The translations under genes and the position numbers were made by a program. 64,000 nucleotides of DNA, taken from NCBI RefSeq assembly GCF_009914755.1, contig NC_060929.1; one strand, given 5' to 3'. Below are positions 27,074 through 42,261 of this stretch, piece by piece. The first letter of the stretch is position 1. The number at the start of each line of letters is the position of its first letter. Origin of the DNA: the human T2T-CHM13v2.0 reference genome, Homo sapiens. Below the pieces are notes generated by a model, which did no database searches, was not told where the DNA came from, and saw only the letters and a program-made list of their open reading frames with translations.

Positions 27074-27191
27074 TTTCTTAAAAGGAGATATGTTCATTGT
27101 TCATAATGAATTAGAAGATGGATGGATGTGGGTTACAAATTTAAGAACAGATGAACAAGGCCTTATTGTTGAAGACCTAGTAGAAGAGGTG
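27074..27191 (+). CDS. RASA1: RASA1 exon 5 (SH3)
   Basis: ttttcag|T TTC TTA AAA...GAG GTG|gtaagt; 118 nt; FLKGDMFIVHNELEDGWMWVTNLRTDEQGLIVEDLVEEV (inside ORF 27000..27272). Confidence 0.98.
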
Positions 27192-27416
27192 GTAAGTTTT
27201 GTTCTTTTCTTCTCAATTCTAGATTCTAAATATTTTATAAATTTGGATCTTGTCCATAATCAGAGAAAGTAGCTATGAATACATTTCTTTTATAAAAGAA
27301 CTTAATTGATAAGTACAAGAATTATAAGTGCTGTTTGTTAGTATGGAACATAATCAGGCTAGCATATTATAATACATAGCTGCCAATATTCAGAAAGCTT
27401 GTATGATTTTCTATGA

Positions 27417-27822
<406 letters not shown>

Positions 27823-30392
27823 TAAGTGAAGTTATATCAGTCTGATCATGAAACCTCAACTGGTTACACATGTTTGGTTTTAGATTCTTTATCTTTCAAA
27901 TATATATATAATTTTCCAGTAAACTTGGAAGAATTCATTTATATTATACATATATTATCACATGGTTCTACATTTTGAATCTCGTCCTTGTTTTTGTTTC
28001 CATCATATAATACGTTATCATGGTATCAATTACCAGGTGCATTTTTAATAACAGGTCAGCATTTGAATGGCTTTTATATTTCAGAGACAATACTCAGTAT
28101 CAAATATATTGTACATTATAACTTTGGAATTCTCCCTTTCCTTTCGGATTTTTCTAGTGAGATGGAGTGGCTTTCTGTTGTCTTTTACAGCCTTCAAAGC
28201 TACTGTTTTTAAATTATGCCACAGACCTGATAATATTCTGAAGAGTATTGCTCCTGGAAGACTGCAGTGGAGAATATTGTTTTTTCCTATTAATTCTCTT
28301 ACCTGCCTATTCTGGCAACCAAATCTTGATCCATAGAAGTAAAACATACTGAGTAGAGGTGGGAAAAGTTGAGGAAATGGTGTGATACAGTCCATACTCA
28401 TAGTCATATAGTTATTTAGTGAAAGAGCTAGGATTAGGACTCCTAATTCCTAGATTAGTATTCTGTATTCTACAGTAAAAGAGATATTTACTCCATATAG
28501 GCAAACAGTATTCGTACTGAAGCATCTTACTATGATAGTTTTCCTATAAAATTTGTTAGTTACAACTTTTAGTTTGGGTTTCCCTCTCCTTGCTGTACCA
28601 CCATCTTCTCCATCCTGATTACTTCAAGAAATTGCACTATAGTTGAACTTTTCTTGAGCTCTTGGAATTCTGGATCAAATTTAACAAGATAACCTTTAAA
28701 GAAAAGTGAAAATTACTCAATGTATACAGAAAAATAATAATAACAACCCAAACCAGAATAAGGAGACATGACCTCACATCAGTACAAGGGATCAAGGAAA
28801 AAGTTAGCAACTCAGTATGAGTGAATAATGTGATGTGGTTGCTAAAAATGAATATAGTAACATTATAAATTAATAGTGGAGTAATTCCACGTCATTTATA
28901 AACAATTTTCACTCCAATATGTAGAATAACTTTCATGATGGGCTTTATTAGAGGGTAGTGAATTCTTTGTAGATTGAAAAACCATTTGGACATTGTCTAG
29001 TCTGTGAAGATGTTTCGGGCATTCAGTTAGTGGTTAGATTTAAGGAATTTCTCCTTCTAAAATTCTAATTACAGTTCCCCAAACACATTTATACTTTCAT
29101 GTATTAACTCTAGAATGTATGCTCTCTGAGGGGAGGGATTTTTGTCTCTGATTCACTGATGTATTACCATTGCCTAGAATAGTGTCTGGCATTAGTAGGC
29201 ATTCAGAAAATGTTTGTTGAGTAAATGCATGTTTCTATGTTTATAGTTTTCCCTCTTCCTTGACATTCTTGCCCTGATAGATTGCCTTGTAAAATTTGAT
29301 TCATCTTTATGAGCTCAGTTCATATGTCATCCCTCTTTCACAGAGGATTTATGCCTTTCTGGAGTCTCTTAGGCAAAATTGTTTCCTTCTGTATTTCCAT
29401 AGCACCTTGCTAATTCTGCATTCTGTTACACTGTCTAAAATTAATAATTGTGTAAACCTCTTCTACAAGAGATTAACTCCTTTTGGGCAGTGACACAATG
29501 ATAATGCTATTCATTTTTATAGTTTTTTTTTTTAAGCCTACTCCCTTGGATATAGTAACATTCAGTGAGTGTTTGATTTTAGTTTGATTAGGTATTTAAT
29601 GAGTGAGGACCAAATTGTGAGAAGTAAATCCACATGTAGTTAGACCATTTTTCTCCATAATAGTGGAATGAGTAACACTATTGTATCTTAAATCAGAGGA
29701 ATATAGAATAAAATAAAGTTCAAAACATAGTAAAAGGGGGATGTCTTTTATATTGAAAGTAGAAGTTGATGTTCACTTTTTACGGGCTCAGAATGTCTTA
29801 CTGAAGAGGTAGCATTTGAGATAGTTCCTTCCCAGATTGGTTAGGTATTTATCTAACAAGTAGAAAGCAAAAAGTGGAAAGTACATTCTAAGAACAAAAA
29901 GTACAAGCTACAGTGGTGGGAGATTGGCAAATAGGAAGTTATGTGTGACCATGGTATAGGAACCAAAAAACAATTGGTAGTATGAGACAGGAAATGTAGA
30001 CTTGAGTCCTGTGGTAAACGACTTCAGTTGCAGAATGAGAAATTTGTAGGCAGTAGAGAGGTGTTTTTTTTTTGTTTGGTTTTTCTTAATGTAGGGCACA
30101 GCTGCTGTTGAAACTGATGTATCCAGATTAGAGTGGTGGAGTAGGACATAATTATATTAGTTGGGCTGTTGTTTAAGAAAAGTCGATAAGAGGGCCTGAG
30201 TTAGGGTAATGGCAACAAGAAAAGATTAAGAGAGGTTTGGAAAGATATTTACTGAACAGAAACATCTTTTTTTATATAAACATAAATAAGGATAGTGTGG
30301 GGATATGTTTGCAGATACGATTTTCATGAATTTTAATAAAAATTGATTAATAGTTAATTATATAAAATACTGTCTTAATGTCTTCCCTTTAG

Positions 30393-30424
30393 GGCCGGGA
30401 AGAAGATCCACATGAAGGAAAAAT
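30393..30424 (+). CDS. RASA1: RASA1 exon 6 (32-nt SH3-cSH2 linker exon)
   Basis: tcttccctttag|GGC CGG GAA GAA GAT CCA CAT GAA GGA AAA AT|gtgagt; GREEDPHEGK(I); phases fit both neighbours. Confidence 0.96.
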
Positions 30425-30718
30425 GTGAGTTTGTGTTAATTATTAAAATGAAAAAAAAAAATCTATATTGTAAATTTACTAATTGGAAAACTTTGGCCAA
30501 AAAAATTGTTTTTTAAGGTTTTGGACTGACTTAACTTTTAAATTTGGCTTAGGGAACTGATTTCTAAATATTTTCTTAAGGATCTAGTGATAAAGTCTTG
30601 TTTTTAAATAAAAGGTAGCTGATAACTAAATATAACTCTTTTTATCACCACACTGAAGACTTTGAATAAACACTACATTTATAACATTATGAATGTCACA
30701 ATTTGGCACATTTTAAAA

Positions 30719-30758
30719 TTATTCATAGTATTTCTTGGTTATTCATAGTATTTCTTGT
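30719..30758. repeat. 20-bp tandem duplication
   Basis: ttattcatagtatttcttgg / ttattcatagtatttcttgt. Confidence 0.9.
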
Positions 30759-31250
30759 TTTATAGCCACATCTTTTATCCCCCCAAAATAACGGTTCTTC
30801 ACAATTTTAATAAGATTCAGCAAGGTCTTTTTTTTTCATAATCTTCAGACTGATTTTATGTATATGTAAGTTTTCTTTTGAAGATCTGAACCATTAATCC
30901 CAATTCTCTCTTACTCACATTTTAATAGACTATTCATCTCCTAATATCTTTTCAGTACAACATTTTTTCTTATCTTTCAGCATTTAGGGATGGAACTTGA
31001 GGCTTGCCTCAAGTGTTTGCTTTTTCTGTTTTCTAACCATTAGAATATAAAAACATTCAACTGACTACTCCATTTGCAGTCACCTTGTTTAATGCTTCAC
31101 CCTTCTGTAAGTGGAATATGTAAGATATATTCTGAGTTCATTTTTATTGTTTCTTGTAGCTACAAAATAGATTCCATTAGTGAGACTGTACCCTGCTGTT
31201 TGTATTAGTTTGAAGTCTCCTCTCTACCTATATCAGGAGTTTCAAATTCT

Positions 31251-31562
31251 TTTTTGTTATTTTTTCTTTTTTTTTTTTTTTGAGACAGAGTCTTGCTCTG
31301 TTGCCCAGGCTGGAGTGCAATGGCACGATCTCTGCTCACTGCAACCCCTGCCTCCTGGATTCAAACGATTCTCTGCCTTAGTCTCCTGAGTAGCTGGGAC
31401 CACCGGCGCACAACACCATGCTAGGCTGGTTATTGTACCTTTAGTAGAGATGCGGTTTTGCCATGTTGGCCAGGCTTGTCTTGAACTCCTGACCTCAAGT
31501 AATCTACCAGCCTCGGCCTCCCAAAGTGCTGGAATTACAGGCATGAGCCACTGTGCCCAGCT
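31251..31562 (-). mobile_element. Alu (AluS)
   Basis: 16-bp TSD aggagtttcaaattct/aggagttgcaaattct. Confidence 0.94.
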
Positions 31563-32548
31563 AGGAGTTGCAAATTCTAATTAATGCTTGGAAGAATCAG
31601 ACAGACAATGTAAGCAAGTGAAGCGGGTCAAGTATATATATTCCCAGTTTTCTTTAGACACAATAATCTTGATCTTTCTTATTTTCCCTCGTTGCTAGAG
31701 ATCAAGGTACATGGAACTGTGTCCCTACTGTCAAAAAACAACACTGTACGTGTGGTAATAAATGGCAACTAATATTCACTCACGGTGTTAGGGAAAACTG
31801 TGGGAAGTAGAAAACTAGAAAGTGTTTGCCTATTGTAAGGTAATCACTTTGTCTAGTTGTCTAGTTGATATGTGTAGGAATGTGAGTCTAGTGTTGTTAG
31901 ATCCTTCTGATTTTCAAAAAAAGACCATAAATCTAGGTTTTTTTATTTTAGATAATAGCAATAGAATTTTAAATTTAAAAATATAGGTTAAATGCTAGTA
32001 AACATTTAAAGCTACATCAGTTTTCTCATAGTATAAAATATAAATCCCACTTTCACTCGGAAGTCTTTTTATCTGATAGCATTGTCATTCTTCCATTTTT
32101 CTTAACTTTATGTAATTTCTTAATTGGGGCATAACTTAAATTTGCATTGTTGGTTTATTTTATGTGTATGTTTGTTCCCTTTAATTTCCTAATATAGGGA
32201 CTGTCGCAGTACTTTAAATTCTTTAAAGTGTCCTCAGTAACATCTACAAGTAACCTTTGAGATTAAATAGATGGTATAACTTTGGTTGAATTTCTTTCCA
32301 GCTCCCTATTTACATGATATGGGCACCAAGTCCTGATGACTTTATCTCTTAAAGTATTTCTTAAATGTTTACCGCCTTCTCAAATCTTAAATAACTACAT
32401 TCTAGTTCAGGACTTTTTAAATCTCCTGCCAGGATTTGATATAACAGTAACCTCCAAGTTGATCTCCCTTGACTCTTTAGCCTCATCAAATCCTTTTTTC
32501 CAGTAGCTGGAATAATCTACCTAGATTGAATCACATTATCCTTAACTG

Positions 32549-33468
32549 CCAGCAGGTATATGAAAAAATGCTCACCATTCATTACTAATCATCAGATAAA
32601 TGCAAATCAAAACTACAATGAGATTTCATTTCACCCCAGTTATAATGGCTTTTATCCAAAAGATAGGCTATAATGAATGCTAGTGAGGATGTGGAGAAAA
32701 GGGAAGCCTTGTACCCTGTTGGTGGGAATGTAAATGAGTGCAGTTACTATAGAGCACAGCATGGAAGTTCTTCAAAAAATTAAAAATAAAGCTACCATAT
32801 GATCCGGCAATCCCACTGCTGGGTATATATCCAAAAGAAAGGAAATCAGTGTATCAAAGAGACAGCTGCACTCCTATGTTTCAGCACCATTCACAATAGC
32901 CGAGATGTTTAATCAACCTAAGTGTTCATCATTGGATGAATGGATAAAGAAAATATAGTACATATACACAATGGAATACTATTCAGCCATAAACAAGAAT
33001 GAAATCCTGTCATTCACAGCAACATGAATGGAACTGGCAAATACCATGTTAAGTGAAATAAGCCAGGCACAGAAAGACAAATACCATGTGTTCTCACTCA
33101 TATGGGTGCAAAATATTAGAAAATTAACTCAGGGAGATAGATAGTAGAATGATGGTTACCAAAAGGTGGGAAGGGTAGCAGGGAAGGGGGGATACAATAT
33201 GGCTGATTAATAGGTACAAAAATACATCTAGATAGAATGAATAAGATCTAATTTACTGGATATTTAAAAATAACTAAAAGAGTGGAATTTGAATATGCCT
33301 AATACAAAGAAATGATTATATGTGCTTGAGGTGATGGATACCCCATTTATCCTGACTTGATCATTAAACATTATATGCTTGTATCAAAACATCACTGGTA
33401 CCCCATAAAAATAAACAAAATAGTTGTATACATTACCCATAAAAACAGAAAAAATAAAAATTAAAAAA
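32549..33468 (+). mobile_element. 5'-truncated L1 (L1MA-like): ORF2 end plus 3' UTR
   Basis: atgcaaatcaaaactacaatgaga, ggatgtggagaaaaggg, caatggaatactattcagccataaa, A-rich tail. Confidence 0.92.
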
Positions 33469-33621
33469 TTGAATCTTATACTGATTCTCCACCTTTACCT
33501 TAGCAGAGCCTAAAAAATGATCTGTTATCTGGTTATTTTGTCGTTTACTACTCCTAGCACTTATCATCTGTAGTTTCCTAATCTCCAGCATGTAGGTCTT
33601 CAAATTCATAATACTTTTTTC

Positions 33622-33922
<301 letters not shown>

Positions 33923-34124
33923 TATTTTTCTTTATACCTTTGCTCAAGCTGCTTCCTAGGCCAGAATTCTTCCATTCATACTTAGCTCATTCATCACTTC
34001 CCCCTAGAAAATCTTCCTTTATTTTCCTCTCTACACACTCAACAGTATTGGTACCCTTCTCTGTTACTCCCAAAATGCCTTTGGCAATACCTATCACTGT
34101 GCTTATTATAGTTTCTACATTGTT

Positions 34125-34249
34125 TCTATAGTTAGGGTCTCACTATGTTGCCAGGCTGGTCTTGGACTCTTGGGCTCAAGAGATCCTCCTGCCTTGGCCT
34201 CCGAAAGTACTGGGATTACAGGTGTGATCCCAGTTCCCACGCCTGGCCT
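34125..34249 (-). mobile_element. Alu monomer (FLAM-like)
   Basis: agggtctcactatgttgccaggctgg...cgcctggcc. Confidence 0.85.
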
Positions 34250-35776
34250 AGGAGTAGGAACTTTATAAGAGCAGGGACTCATCTTTTTATCACTGTTGCA
34301 AACCATGTGGTTGAAATATATAAATTTTATATGGGAATAAATGTCTGAAAAATGAAACGAAAACTCTTTAGAAAGAGATATTGCCACTTTGGCTTCAGAC
34401 TGTGTGCTTATGCTAAATAATCTTGTTCATCTGTAAACCCTATCACTTTTTTACCCTTCTTTTTTTGAATTTTTTTCAAACTGTAGAAGTAGAGGATTAG
34501 CCTTGGAGGTCAGGTCATGTAGTTGACTGTCCTCCAGAATATAAAAATCCTGCTCTAGCATTTGTAGTAAGTGGTCATTTAGCCTATACTTGAATGCAGT
34601 ATAGAACCTCACTACTTGTAGTCTGAACTGTTTTAGTTGTTGTATTCTTGCTTTATATTATTCAAAATTTACACAGGGAGCACCAGGAGATCTGAATCAG
34701 TGAGTTAATGCTTGGAATGGTGTTAAAGAAAAGTTTACCTTTTCATTCATGTGAAAATTTAAAAATTCAGTTATATTTTCATACTTCACCAGTAATAATT
34801 GTATGGATCATTTAAAACAATGTGAATGACCTCTGAACCTGTCACACTGGACTTTTGAGCACTTATATATTTTAGTCGTATATTTACTTTCTAGCTTGCT
34901 CTTTATTATTAAAAATACTTGTAGACCCTAAGAAGATCCCACAAAGTAGTAGATAGGTGATCGGGAATTGTCAGCCTGGCATTAAGATGTGTTAATCAGC
35001 AAGATAGATAATAGGCCTTTAGGTAAATAAGAGGTGATTTTATGTACTTTGATGACTAGTAATTACTTTTTAAATCAGATATATCCTTTTATTTGAAGGT
35101 AAAATTTAAATACTTAGGTTATTGTATGCTCTATGTCTTGACTATGATGCCTTTTATAATAATTTCTAAAGGCTTAATTTAAGAATACAGAATATAAAAT
35201 ACATAGCAACCTAGTTTGATAGGCTGTTAGCTCAAATAGAGTTGAGAACACTAAGTCCTTCTTTTCTTTCAGTTCTTGATGGTGCTATCCACTCATTCTT
35301 ATCACCCAATCTTATATTCTGACTTTCAGCAAAGTAAGAGTCAATATCTTGATTTTATTTGAGGAGAGAATTTATCAGATGTTATAGGAAAATTCAGAAA
35401 TGAATTCATTAATTTTTTCAGGGAAGTTCTGGAGTAGGCTCTATCTGTACTACTCCTCCTTCCCCTTACCCCACAAAAAGAAAAAAAAGACCTATAACAG
35501 TCTGTTATTATCAGGATTAAAAATTGTTGCCATTTTTGTATTGGTAATGAAAATTGTAGTTTATATTTGATAGTTTCTAGTTTTACTATCTTTAGTTGAA
35601 ATTAAGTATAATATGTATATAAAATGTATTAAAATGTAATAAGAATGAGATGATTTGATTAATTGCATTTATTTTATCACTTTGAATTAAACTTACTATA
35701 TTGGTTGTTTAATTTTGATCATATGATAACAGCAAAAAGGACTTTATTTATATATCTAATTTATTCTCTTTTTAAG

Positions 35777-35829
35777 ATGGTTCCATGGGAAGATTTCCAA
35801 ACAGGAAGCTTATAATTTACTAATGACAG
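35777..35829 (+). CDS. RASA1: RASA1 exon 7 (C-terminal SH2 start)
   Basis: ctttttaag|A TGG TTC CAT GGG...ATG ACA G|gtactt; 53 nt; WFHGKISKQEAYNLLMT. Confidence 0.97.
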
Positions 35830-37745
35830 GTACTTACATATTTACTTGCTTTTCTAATGTCTATTTAAAGAGAATAAAAAAGTGAACAAACCATTTATCA
35901 TGTGTTTTGCCTTTAGCATTCAGTTAGTGTTTATGCATGTTATAATTTCGTGTCCAGTACTAAGAAGCTGGTGTTTTTATTTATATTTTAAACATACATG
36001 TGTTATAAAATTTAGTCAAGTGTGTTTTTCTTTTACCCCAGGCCCCTGTCCACTTCCTCAGAAGTAACACTAGGTGACAGTTTTTTTTCCCATATGTTTC
36101 TAGAAGTTTTCTGTGTCTCTGTGAATCTTTCTCACCCCTACACATACACAGACAGGAACATGCAACACACTTTTTTCATGTTAGATATATATTGGGAGAT
36201 GATTCTGTATCTGCAGATAAAAACTTTCATTACTCTCTTTTATGGATTTAAACTTTTCATTATATAAATACCATAATTAACTAGTCTTCAGTAGAACGAT
36301 ATTGTATTGTTTTTATTCTTTTGCTGTTCAGCTACAGCAGACATTCTTGTATTTATCTTTGTATACTTGTGGAATTATATGATTGAGCTTTATTTAGTAT
36401 GTATTAATTTTAACATTTCCCAAAACTGTTATGCTTATAAATACAAAGTAAAAATTGACTTGTATTGTGGTTTTAACCATCCTGTCATTGTTTATTCTTA
36501 CTAAATATTTAAGGCTGAATTAATTTAAATACCGAGCATTTCTTTGGCAAACCACATCTTATAAAGATTTCAGACAAGTTTAAGCTTTAGTATGTAATTT
36601 AAAAGTTTCAGTTCTTCAAAAATGTTGACTATTCAATAGTTTCTATATTTGGTGAAATAGATTCTTGTGGTGATAACCCTAATTATAGAGGTAATCTGAA
36701 TTGTTTTAATCCATAAAGCACTGCATTTTAAATTAATACTTTATTCTTTTGAAAGATTTGAGATAGTTTTTGAAGTACTCAATTTTATTGTGAAGCTGTA
36801 GGTTAAGTAGGTTCAAAAAATAAGTTAAAAAAGATTATGATAATGCTATATGATAGTAATAGAGAAGAAATTTTAAACTAAAATGACATTCTGTCAGCTA
36901 TTTCAGTGTGGAACCAAAAATATGTAGTTTAGTGAATTTATTGAATTTTGGATATGTTTCTTTTTTGGAACTTGTACCACCAAGTACTTGAGGTACTTTT
37001 GTTTTAAGTCATACAAGGTTGAAAAGGAGCTAAACTTAATTTCCTTAATACATTAGTTTGCATTTTCTTTGTGTCATGTGCTCTTTTGAGGATCTGGTGG
37101 GATTTTCTCTCCTGAGAAGTACAAATAAGCACTTGCATGCACAGTCTTGCATGAAATTCCTATCATATTCTAGAAGAAATTTAGAGAGTATCTTGGATTC
37201 TTGTCAGTAAGATTTGTTGTATCAACTTAGAAACACTTTCATTTTAGCCCATATTATACAATCAATTTCTGTAATTTTTATGTTTACTTATGTATTAAGC
37301 CTTGAAGATTCAGTTTAAGGAGATTTATTTTTTTCTTTTTACTGAACATGAAGTTACTTCATAAGTGCCTTGATTGGATGATTGGAACTATTAGTAATTT
37401 ACCCCTCAAATTATATCTAATAATCTAAGCATTCATTGTGCTTTCCTAAAAACAATCAAGTCCTGATCTTTTCTGGATCATTTGAACTTAAATGGAGAAA
37501 AGGCAGAGCATCTATGTATTATGAGTCACTGCCAATCAAAGATATCAGAAATACTTCTCTAAAATTAATGTCATATTTAATATATGATAATTTGCTTCTA
37601 TAATTCCTTTCAGGAGCATACCTATTGAATAAAATATAGTGTATGTGTATTGATTTTTGATAATGTATACACATATTTCAGTTGTTTTGAATCTACCTTT
37701 ATAAAAAGCTTTTGGTACTATTTTATTACAGTTATTACTTTTTAA

Positions 37746-37862
37746 TTTTTTTTTTTTTAAGATGCAGGATCTTGCTGTGTTGTCCAGGCTGGTATCAAAC
37801 TCCTGGGCTCAAGTGATCCTCCTGGATAGCTGGGATTATATGCATGTACCACTGTGCCTAGC
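37746..37862 (-). mobile_element. Alu monomer (FLAM-like)
   Basis: Poly-T, gtccaggctggtatcaaactcctgggctcaagtgatcc. Confidence 0.85.
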
Positions 37863-38318
37863 ACAGTCATTACTGTTTAATGATTAATTGAAAACATTGA
37901 TTAAGCACAGAGTATTCTTAAGCAAACTGGTCTTCACTTTTTAGAATCTTCTTATTACGAAGATTTACATACAGAATTTAGCAGTTTTAGCCAGTATTCC
38001 CTAACTATGCTTAGGTTCCTTCCAAATTAGGACAGGTGTAGATATTACTGACCAGAAGTTACTGCTGCAAAATTTCTGCTCTCTATTTTTATGTATTAAA
38101 GCTGGTAAGATACACCAGAGAGATAGCAGACAAGCAATGTGGATGGTTGTGAATCATAAACCAGAAAATTTGAAAGAAATTATCTTAAAAAAAAAACAAG
38201 TTCCTGGTGAAAATTTACATATGTTTATGACTTTGAATGCACTTTGTAATAATACTACTTAACATCTTTTCTTTTTTATTTGATAATTAGGGAAAAACTA
38301 ACAGCTTAATTCTTACAG

Positions 38319-38469
38319 TTGGTCAAGTCTGCAGTTTTCTTGTGAGGCCCTCAGATAATACTCCTGGCGATTATTCACTTTATTTCCGGACCAATGAAAA
38401 TATTCAGCGATTTAAAATATGTCCAACGCCAAACAATCAGTTTATGATGGGAGGCCGGTATTATAACAG
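38319..38469 (+). CDS. RASA1: RASA1 exon 8 (cSH2, FLVR motif)
   Basis: tcttacag|TT GGT CAA GTC...TAT AAC AG|gtaaat; 151 nt; (V)GQVCSFLVRPSDNTPGDYSLYFRTNENIQRFKICPTPNNQFMMGGRYYN. Confidence 0.97.
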
Positions 38470-41400
38470 GTAAATCATAATTTTTTAGCTATCTTTTACT
38501 TTTCGCAAAAATAGTTGAAATCTTGATAATACAGTATTCAGAGTCAAAATTATATAAAAGTTTCTAACTTCTAAAAATTATAAGACCTTCAATATAATTT
38601 CATAGTAGTCATGCCCAAGAATTCTTTAGACAGTGTCAAATATGAATACAAATTAGTAACTTATACTTTGTTTCCTTCCAAAACAATTTTTGTGATTTTA
38701 AAAATTAGACATAAGCTGTTTGCAACAAATTTACTAAATCCATGTGTTATCTGTAGGAGGAGCAAAATATCTTAGGAAAAGAAAATATATCAACATTATT
38801 TTATCAGTGAGATACTTTAGTAGGAAAAAAAAAGTTTCTAAAGATACCTGAGACTTATTATACAGATGTTATCATGTAACTGAGTTCTTCTCAAGTTGAC
38901 ATTTCTTACATGTGATTGTTGGTTTTTACTTCTCACTTTCAAAGTAAACTCATTGTTTGTCCCAAAACTCAGAATGAATTATAGTTACTTGATTAGGAAA
39001 ATAAGTTAATAGAAGAAACCATATGATAGAATGTCAGCAATTTTTCAGTCAAATAGAAAATAATCTTCATTTGTGAACGTAAAGGTTTTCCTATAACTAA
39101 TAACTCTCTATTTCCTATTTCAGAGGCTGGCATAATCTTGTTCTAAAATGCTTATATTTGCCTAGTTTAACCCCTCAGTACCACAGCAGTATTCTCTATC
39201 TGAATTAGAATTTGTCAAACTAGACATTTGAGTGAATAGAGATTCTGTAGCTTGTTTATCTGAAAAAAACCAAAAAACAAAAACAAGTTCTTCTAGTTGC
39301 TTGCTGGAAGCTCAGTTGACTGTTAAAAGACATCAAATGTAAGATGTGAGTCTAGGCAGCTGTACCCTTTTGCCTACCTCATATACAGGTTGCTTGAGTA
39401 CTTTATACATGACAATCTGAGTTCTAGATGTCCTCACTGAAAATACAGCTAGCTGCAATTTGAGTTCTTTAAGAATGTAATTTTTCCCAATTCCAGTTTT
39501 CTGGAGATTTAGAACATACAAAATAATGCACTGAAAATATATCATCTTCTTAACTGAATAAATGTCCATATTGAGATCCTTTTTAAAGATAAAATAATTT
39601 ACATGAATTTATTTTTTTGAAGTTCGTTTTGTTACTAACTTAAACTTCCTTATGATACATCACACAAAACTGGAAATTCTTCCTACATACTGGAGGAAGT
39701 CGGTAAAACATGTAAAGGTAGTCGCTTTTGGTTGCTGAACACCATGATGGAACATGAAAAAAGAAGTATTTTAAGTAGATTTCTGTCCAAATTATTGCAA
39801 TATTATGTTTTCAAAATGAGGATTAAAAAAAAAAAGTTAAATGTATGTTAATTTAGTGGCCTTGACCATTCCCCCAGAACTTTGATTTTTATAATTTTTC
39901 TTCCCTGTGAATTTGTTTATAAATTCATCTTATTGTTTCTAGTTTTAACATTAAACTTCTTTAAAAAGCCCCAAATTATGTGAATCAGGTGCTGTGAAAA
40001 TGAAGGATTTTGTAATTGTTTTGGAAATATATATTTCATTTCAGCATTAATGTTAGTAATGTCAGAAATAATTCCTAGGAAGATAAATCTTTGTGCTTAT
40101 TGTTTATTGTTAGATCTAAATGTATAAAGAAAGATTTTTCAATAAATCTGTCGAACACAGCCATACTCTGCTGTCCCATCTCCCCATTAACTAAACATGA
40201 GACCTTGATAAAGAGGGATAGTAGTTATGTCTTTCATTTAGAAACTGTTAAGACATAACTTTAATGTTCCTATATTCAGAGTTTTAAAAAAAAAAAGCAG
40301 AAGAGGCATTTAATAGCAAATTTAATTCAGCAGCCATTTATCGACTTATCTACTTTGTGAAATATACTGTACAAATTCTGTGTAAATACATTAAAGAAAA
40401 AGATATAGTTTCTTCATTATTAGTGCTCAGGTTTATTAGAAAAGAAAGTATGGTATGCAGAATGTGATAAATTCAGGGGATATATAAATGCATGGGAATC
40501 AATAAATGAGAGTTCAGTGGGGGGTGAGAAGGAAGACAATGGATTTTGGCTAGACCTTGAGGAGACAATATTAACATTTATCTAGACTTCAAGAAGAAGA
40601 GTGCACATGGTTTTATGTGCTAAATGCATTACAAAAATTAAAATACAGAACACAGTGTCTCTAGAAACTCACGTTTATTTCAAAAGTAAGTTTACATTGA
40701 ATATGCTTTAGTTTTCTGAGATGTAAATCTGTCTGATTTCATGGCTGGAACTTATATGAATGTCTAGAAAATTCTGGTTTATCTCCCCTGACTGTTTATT
40801 TCGGTGTTTCTGCGTAGAGTATAAATGGAAGAGTAATTTTTAAAAAAACTCTTAAGTCTAGCTCATTGGTAAAAACCTATCTGATTGGTTGCCACACACT
40901 TTTAAATTTGCTCCTGGACAATCTGAACTGTACTTCCCCATGGTTTCCTGTTCTCTCAGTTTATGAAAAACAATTATATTGTAACATTGAGGTGCTACAG
41001 TGGATTGATTGTATTTTACAGTTACTGAGCCCAAAAACCTTTGATGTTTACTGATTTTCATAGATTTGGTGCTTTTTGCTTTAAAACACATAGTCATCTC
41101 TTTAGTGGAATCTAGCTATCTTCAAATATATTTCCTGATTTTCATTTTTCTTTTAACAATTTTGGATTTATATGGTATTAGATTTTTTTATTAAAAACAT
41201 AAAATCTTGCTTGTTCTTTTAATAATGCTTTTATTTATCTCATTTTCACCACACCCCTCTGTGGCTTGTGTTAAATGCTGCTTCTGGTATTAAGTTCATT
41301 CATACACTACTAGTTAACTTTTCAGGTCCTTTTGTTTTGGTTTTTAACATTACTTATATTTGGTTTAAATTAACTTTGTAGTATAGGGAAGATAACATAC

Positions 41401-42261
41401 TTGAAGATACACACACACACACATATATATTCTAATTATATATATATAGAAGGTTAAACAAAATCTGTCTGGAGAAGTGTTTCCTAGGTGGCTCAAAAGT
41501 TCCCATTTGTCCAGTATATTAAAGGAAGGTTTAAAATTCCAAGATTTCCATATTCAGGACAATAGAATGATCTTACTGATTATAGAGAAACAACTTTATA
41601 TTTAAAAAAATACGTGGTTCACTAAAATTTATATTAAAATACAGTATGTCATTTTATTTTTTTGTAATATTTTCCCAATATTTCCCAATTTGTAGCACTT
41701 TTAATCAAAATAATAAGCTTTTCTCCCTATAGTGATAATCCTACATGTAAGATTAGCTGGGGGTTTTTTTCTTCTTTTTGCCTGCTTTTCATGTGTTTTA
41801 TGACCTGTTTCTGATATAAAACCAGTATGTGTAAATGTGATAATAAAAATTCTTAATTTACCTGAACTCTGCTTCCTAAATAAATGCCATGTTTCTGTGA
41901 ATTCTTCATTCTTAGTATCTCATATATACTCTTGGGGGTGAAAAAAAAGGTAGACTTTTAATCATTTCCTCATTTATGGTGACTCTTTGAATATGGTATT
42001 GTTGACCTGGCTGCCCACTTGATGGGTATGGAAAATCAGAATCTGGGCCATGTATTCTGGCCTGTAAATCTATATTGAGAACATTGTTTTTTCTAAAATA
42101 ATATGAATGTTATGATCATTTATTCTATTAATGTATTTGTGTTATGTGCTTTGAAAAAAATTTGCTAATTAGATAATCCTTGGCAAGAAAGTTTACACAT
42201 ATTTTTAAAGATTTTGCAGTTTTATGAGACAGATTAATACTAGAAATTTTTATTTTAACAG

